Origin: Candidatus Heimdallarchaeota archaeon
GTDB taxonomy: Archaea > Asgardarchaeota > Heimdallarchaeia > JABLTI01
DNA: 64,000 nucleotides
NCBI GenBank assembly: GCA_019056785.1
Contig: DXJV01000100.1
Coordinates: 10,796 to 74,795, forward strand
Direction: 5' to 3'
Of the stretch, positions 60,491 through 64,000 are shown in pieces. The position numbers were made by a program, and so were the translations under genes. Positions within the stretch are counted from its first letter, which is position 1. Every line of letters starts with the position of its first letter. Below the pieces are notes generated by a model, which was given only the letters and a program-made list of their open reading frames with translations, was not told the DNA's origin and made no database searches.

Positions 60491-60525
60491 ACGACGACGA
60501 CGACGACGACAACAACAACAACAAC
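60491..60525 (+). repeat. Compound trinucleotide microsatellite (ACG)6(ACA)5
   Basis: Read directly from the sequence. Confidence 0.9.
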
Positions 60526-60671
60526 TAAACAACAGCCCAAACAAACAGAAAAAAAAACAACAACAAGCAACCCTTTTTTTAACCAACTTTTGAAAAAACG
60601 TATAAAGAAAAGAAAGAAGAAAAAAGAAGCACAAAAGAAAGAAAAAAACAAGAGAAAGGAAGAAAAGCAAA

Positions 60672-61010
60672 ATGGAATTCTGCGACGAATGCGGCGCAAT
60701 GCTCACCCCCAAAAAAATAGACGGAAAAGTAATGATGGTCTGCCCAAAGTGCGGCGAAAAGAAAAAAGAACTGACAAAAGAAGAACAAATAGTAAAGGAA
60801 AAAGTAAAACATACAGAAAAAGAAAGTATGGTGGTCATAGAAAATCCAGAACAAATAAAAACAATGCCAACGAAAAAAATGCACTGCCCAAAATGCAAGT
60901 CAGTACAGGAAACGCAATATTGGACAGTGCAAACGCGAAGCGGGGATGAAGCGCCGACAAGATTCTATAGATGTACAAAGTGCAAAACGACATGGAGAGA
61001 ATATGACTAG
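60672..61010 (+). CDS. tfs: Transcription factor S (TFS/RpoM)
   Basis: FCDECG, CPKCG, CPKC..QTRSGDEAPT..CTKC..WREY. Confidence 0.96.
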   Translation: MEFCDECGAMLTPKKIDGKVMMVCPKCGEKKKELTKEEQIVKEKVKHTEKESMVVIENPEQIKTMPTKKMHCPKCKSVQETQYWTVQTRSGDEAPTRFYRCTKCKTTWREYD

Positions 61011-61016
61011 CTTTTA

Positions 61017-62069
61017 TCACCTAACAGCTTTTTTCTTGCTGTCCTTTCCCCGGCTATGTTCCGAGCCTTCTCGGTCCTCGAGTTGGTTGGGCTCTCTCGA
61101 GTCAGCATTGCTCATGCTCGGGGAATAGATGCATCTCAGCATCCTTAGCCTCTGAGTGTTTTCCCACTCTTTGCTTGGCCGTTGTTGAGATTTTTTTTCG
61201 TCAGCTAGTACTAGTTTTCCTTTTAAAAAGTCCCCTATTGCCAGGTTGACCATTAACAATAGGTGATTTCTCAATGATTTTCTCCCATAGCTCATCGATT
61301 CTACTATTCGTTTTAGTTCCTTTGAATGGTAAATGTAGTGATAAAGTTTGTATGCCGACTGTTGTTTTTCTTCTATTTCTTTTGCCAGTTTTTCAAAGTC
61401 AATTTTTCCGTTTTTATAGTCATATCGTTGAGCTACTTTCTTTGTTTTTCTCCTGCTTATGTAGGCAGCCATTTTATCATAGTATTTCACTCTGGAGAGG
61501 AGAGTATTTTCTTCTACCGGTTGCTCGTGGTGCCTTTGACATGCTACTCGTATTTCGGGGTCGTGGATGGTGACTTCAACATAGATCTTGCTAATATGTT
61601 TGGAGGTTTGCACAAAATCGTGTAACATTAAGGCACAAAGTAAACGCTGGAGTGCAAGGGGGTAGTTTGGCCCCAACCCCTTGCGTATTCTCAATTTCCT
61701 TTTTTTCACTCGCAGTTGTGTTTTTCCTTCCTCTTCTCTATAAGTCAACCATTGAATCTTCCCAAACCCTTCACAAGTACCTCTCCCTAGATAGTCTTTT
61801 AACAGATAGGTTTTAATGACCTCTCTTGCCCGTGTCTCGTTCCAGTCATAGCAAGTTATGCGAACGTAGCCTCGAAAACCTTTGAGCACTGTCGGCTCCC
61901 GACGCTCCCCCTTCACAAGCTTTCCGGGATAGCTTCGAAGTGGATATCTTTGCATATCATTTAAAGCCCTGAGCACTTTGATCCTCACCGGCCCTTTTTT
62001 CATCACTGGAGAGGAAGTAATAAGAGGCGTTAGTAATTTTCCCTCGAGAATATAGCGTTTCTTCACCAT
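61017..62069 (-). CDS. Cas5-like RAMP fused to Cas10-type HD nuclease domain
   Basis: YILEGKLLTPL, G-loop YLGRGTCEGFGKI; LMLHDF, H, RHH, YDKMAA, SLRNH. Confidence 0.75.
   Translation of the reverse strand: MVKKRYILEGKLLTPLITSSPVMKKGPVRIKVLRALNDMQRYPLRSYPGKLVKGERREPTVLKGFRGYVRITCYDWNETRAREVIKTYLLKDYLGRGTCEGFGKIQWLTYREEEGKTQLRVKKRKLRIRKGLGPNYPLALQRLLCALMLHDFVQTSKHISKIYVEVTIHDPEIRVACQRHHEQPVEENTLLSRVKYYDKMAAYISRRKTKKVAQRYDYKNGKIDFEKLAKEIEEKQQSAYKLYHYIYHSKELKRIVESMSYGRKSLRNHLLLMVNLAIGDFLKGKLVLADEKKSQQRPSKEWENTQRLRMLRCIYSPSMSNADSREPNQLEDREGSEHSRGKDSKKKAVR
61024..61169 (-). ncRNA. Candidate structured RNA overlapping the 3' end of the Cas5-HD gene
   Basis: Four-way junction: TTCCCCG/CGGGGAA closing three hairpins, plus two flanking hairpins; strand assumed from the operon. 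Confidence 0.55.
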
Positions 62070-62830
62070 GACTGTAATGCCTCCTCCATCTCACGCCAAA
62101 GGTTTTGGACCTTTGTTTCCTCTTGTACCTTCCCCTTTACGATGGTTCGCTCCAGCCTAACTTTTTGCAGCTGAATGTTCTCCAACACCAACTTTCCTGC
62201 GCCATTATTTCCTCCCCTCCCCCAACGCAATTCGGGCATATAGAGGATGCCCTTCAATAAAAAGCCCAACTCTTTTTTTGTCAACTTTCCTAATAACTCA
62301 ATGGTAAAAATTAACCGTCCGCCGATGTAACGATCCTTGAAATTCTGAATGCTCTTCTTTGTTTTATACATCAATGAAGTGCGGTTCTCAGTTCCAATAT
62401 GTATTTTCTGTGCATCCTCAAATGTGCCCTTCAAATTATCTGAAACAACGATCACCGAATCGAACCGTATGAGCGACTGCTTTTTTATGGAGCCCATGAT
62501 TTTATGTTTAATGCACTCGTTTTCCGGGAAACATGAGCCATTTGGATGAAATCCTTCAGGTAATAATCGCACACCTGCTTGTGTTTCTCTCTTATCCGAT
62601 GAATGACACACCTCTATGCCTTGCTGCTGTGCTAGCGCCATCATCGCGTGGTTTAACATCCCCCGTAACCCTTTAACCATGTATCTGCTCCCTGCTTTTC
62701 CTTCGGCTTGTTCATTATATGCTAACAACAAATTCGTTGTATTCCCTCCACGGATCACCCCATTTCCCGGCTTTGCTATTGGCGTTTTCGCCTGAATTTT
62801 TATTCGTTTAAAGGTTCGTGCAACGAGCAT
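62063..62830 (-). CDS. Cas7-like RAMP (Csm3 group) with Zn-finger-like insert
   Basis: IKIQAKTPI, KGLRGMLNH, C..H..C..CIKHKIMGS, ENR thumb, ELGFLL, G-loop WGRGGNNGAGKL; SD GGTGG. Confidence 0.82.
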   Translation of the reverse strand: MLVARTFKRIKIQAKTPIAKPGNGVIRGGNTTNLLLAYNEQAEGKAGSRYMVKGLRGMLNHAMMALAQQQGIEVCHSSDKRETQAGVRLLPEGFHPNGSCFPENECIKHKIMGSIKKQSLIRFDSVIVVSDNLKGTFEDAQKIHIGTENRTSLMYKTKKSIQNFKDRYIGGRLIFTIELLGKLTKKELGFLLKGILYMPELRWGRGGNNGAGKLVLENIQLQKVRLERTIVKGKVQEETKVQNLWREMEEALQSW

Positions 62831-62926
62831 TTTTACCCACCTTTTAGGATTTTTCCTATTTTATAGGCAATTCTATCGCAACCGTTATATTTAAAGATTT
62901 CCCATAAAATGGTAGAGTGTGGGATT

Positions 62927-63094
62927 ATGTCTAAAATTGCTATTCCGGTAGTTATTGACGCGCGATTTCGAATTGTCATTCCGAAAGAGATTCGGGAAGA
63001 AGTAGAAGGCTTGGAGCCTGGCGAGAAGTGGTTGTTAGAGTATGATCTTGCTGGGAGCGAAGAGCAGTTAATTCTCAGGCGGCTTCGCCGGTAA
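62927..63094 (+). CDS. AbrB/MazE/SpoVT-family DNA-binding protein
   Basis: VVIDARFRIVIPKEIREEVEGLEPGE. Confidence 0.85.
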   Translation: MSKIAIPVVIDARFRIVIPKEIREEVEGLEPGEKWLLEYDLAGSEEQLILRRLRR

Positions 63095-63295
63095 GTGGCT
63101 GGTGAAGAGCCACAGGCAACTTTTTTCATGGGCGGGAAGCAAGAATATTTTCCCGAGCAGTTGTTGTATTGCCACATTTGCGGAGCTATTCCCTGGCGTT
63201 TTATTTCTCTTTTAGCTGTTCGTGAGACAAACATATTCATTACCTGAATGATTCATTACGAAAACATTAATATGATATTACTACACCACCAAAGC

Positions 63296-63318
63296 TTATA
63301 AATATTACGGAAACCGTA
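63296..63318 (+). promoter_or_regulatory. TATA box followed by a palindromic operator
   Basis: TTATAAATA then TACGG-AAA-CCGTA. Confidence 0.5.
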
Positions 63319-63351
63319 TGAGAGCCATAATACTATCCGAGAGAATGTAAA

Positions 63352-63525
63352 ATGGCAAAAATTATTTTTAAACGACAGGTAATTTTCAATAAAGGGTCAC
63401 TCCAGATGAACATTCCGAAAGAGATTGTTGAGGCGTTAGGGTTGGAAAAGGGGGATACGATAGGGATCACGTTGGAGGACGAGGGCTTTTATTGTAGAAA
63501 GCTAAAGCAAGGAGAGGAGGGGTAG
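63352..63525 (+). CDS. AbrB/MazE/SpoVT-family DNA-binding protein, 57 aa (not in ORF track)
   Basis: MAKIIFKRQVIFNKGSLQMNIPKEIVEALGLEKGDTIGITLEDEGFYCRKLKQGEEG. Confidence 0.85.
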   Translation: MAKIIFKRQVIFNKGSLQMNIPKEIVEALGLEKGDTIGITLEDEGFYCRKLKQGEEG

Positions 63526-63571
63526 GGGGGGTTCTTATTAGTCGTACAGACAAAGTTACGAGGAAGAAGCT

Positions 63572-64000
63572 TTGACTGTACGCAGCTGGTTTTCCGACCC
63601 CATTTATTTTGATCCGCAACCCAACGCCGCCTGGGTAAACGCCAACGAGTTACTGGAAGCAGGACGAAAGCACGAAGTGTTTCTTGCCGACCGGCAGACG
63701 CTCAATCTCTATCCGATTCTGGTCCGGCGGAGCGATTTTCTCCGGAGGAATGCTTCCGACCGGGTGCTGGCGCGTTTTCCGTTTCTCCGACTTACGCCTG
63801 AGGAGCGCGATGTCTTCTCTCAGCAAGAGCTCCTCGTTGCCGAGCTGTTGCGCGATTATTTCTATCGTTCTGTTGACCGCCGGATACTCGAGTGGCGGTC
63901 GTTATTGCATCATTATCTCGAGGAGCGGGGGGGCGTGCCGCTCCCGTTTCTGCGTTGTCTACCTGCTGCGGTTCCTGCCGCCACGTCGCTTTTTTCCCTC
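63572..64000 (+). CDS. Partial hypothetical protein running off the right edge
   Basis: Frame open from 63542 to the window end (TVRSWFSDPIYFDPQPNAAW..LPFLRCLP); start uncertain. Confidence 0.55.
   Translation, partial: MTVRSWFSDPIYFDPQPNAAWVNANELLEAGRKHEVFLADRQTLNLYPILVRRSDFLRRNASDRVLARFPFLRLTPEERDVFSQQELLVAELLRDYFYRSVDRRILEWRSLLHHYLEERGGVPLPFLRCLPAAVPAATSLFSL

Noticed and set aside
60442-60949. Poly-Val/Phe/Lys ORFs in several frames
   Set aside because: Artefacts of the microsatellite and T-free tract; tfs is the real gene
62833-63247. 135-aa minus-strand ORF and a short plus-strand ORF with CHIC after the first AbrB gene
   Set aside because: The first is antisense to the AbrB gene; the second has a single CxxC and no recognisable family, so it is left uncalled
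60480-64000. CRISPR array or mini-array near the RAMP genes
   Set aside because: No repeated 25-40-nt unit with spacers seen; only short hairpins and the near-repeat ATTACG(A/G)AAAC at about 63256 and 63304

Overview
Archaeal chromosomal window, most likely from an Asgard archaeon (Heimdallarchaeia-like). This is an inference from three Rab/MglA-like GTPase-fold genes, a DENN-like protein, an Ost4-like microprotein, an RPA32-like gene, TFS and C-terminally anchored surface proteins. About 55 housekeeping and metabolic genes (lhr, dinB, methanogen-type serS, mch, queE/queC/pyrE, GGR-ferredoxin-SCP2 operon, GH57, DegV, RNase III) are interrupted by three accessory regions. (1) 26.7-29.1 kb is a decayed AT-rich defence island integrated into a ferredoxin gene, whose 3' 87 bp are duplicated on both sides. 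(2) 37.2-40.4 kb is an AT-rich island between the 5' and 3' pieces of one tRNA gene whose middle is missing; it carries an AbrB-like gene, a double PD-(D/E)xK nuclease and a different, intron-containing tRNA-Arg(GCG). (3) 61.0-63.5 kb is the strongest candidate for an undescribed system: a CRISPR-array-less module of a Cas7-like RAMP and a Cas5-like RAMP fused to a Cas10-type HD nuclease. A compact multi-stem RNA structure overlaps the 3' end of that operon, and two AbrB-like genes lie divergently. Several microproteins are missing from the supplied ORF track. All family calls come from motif recognition by eye; no database searches or folding programs were run.
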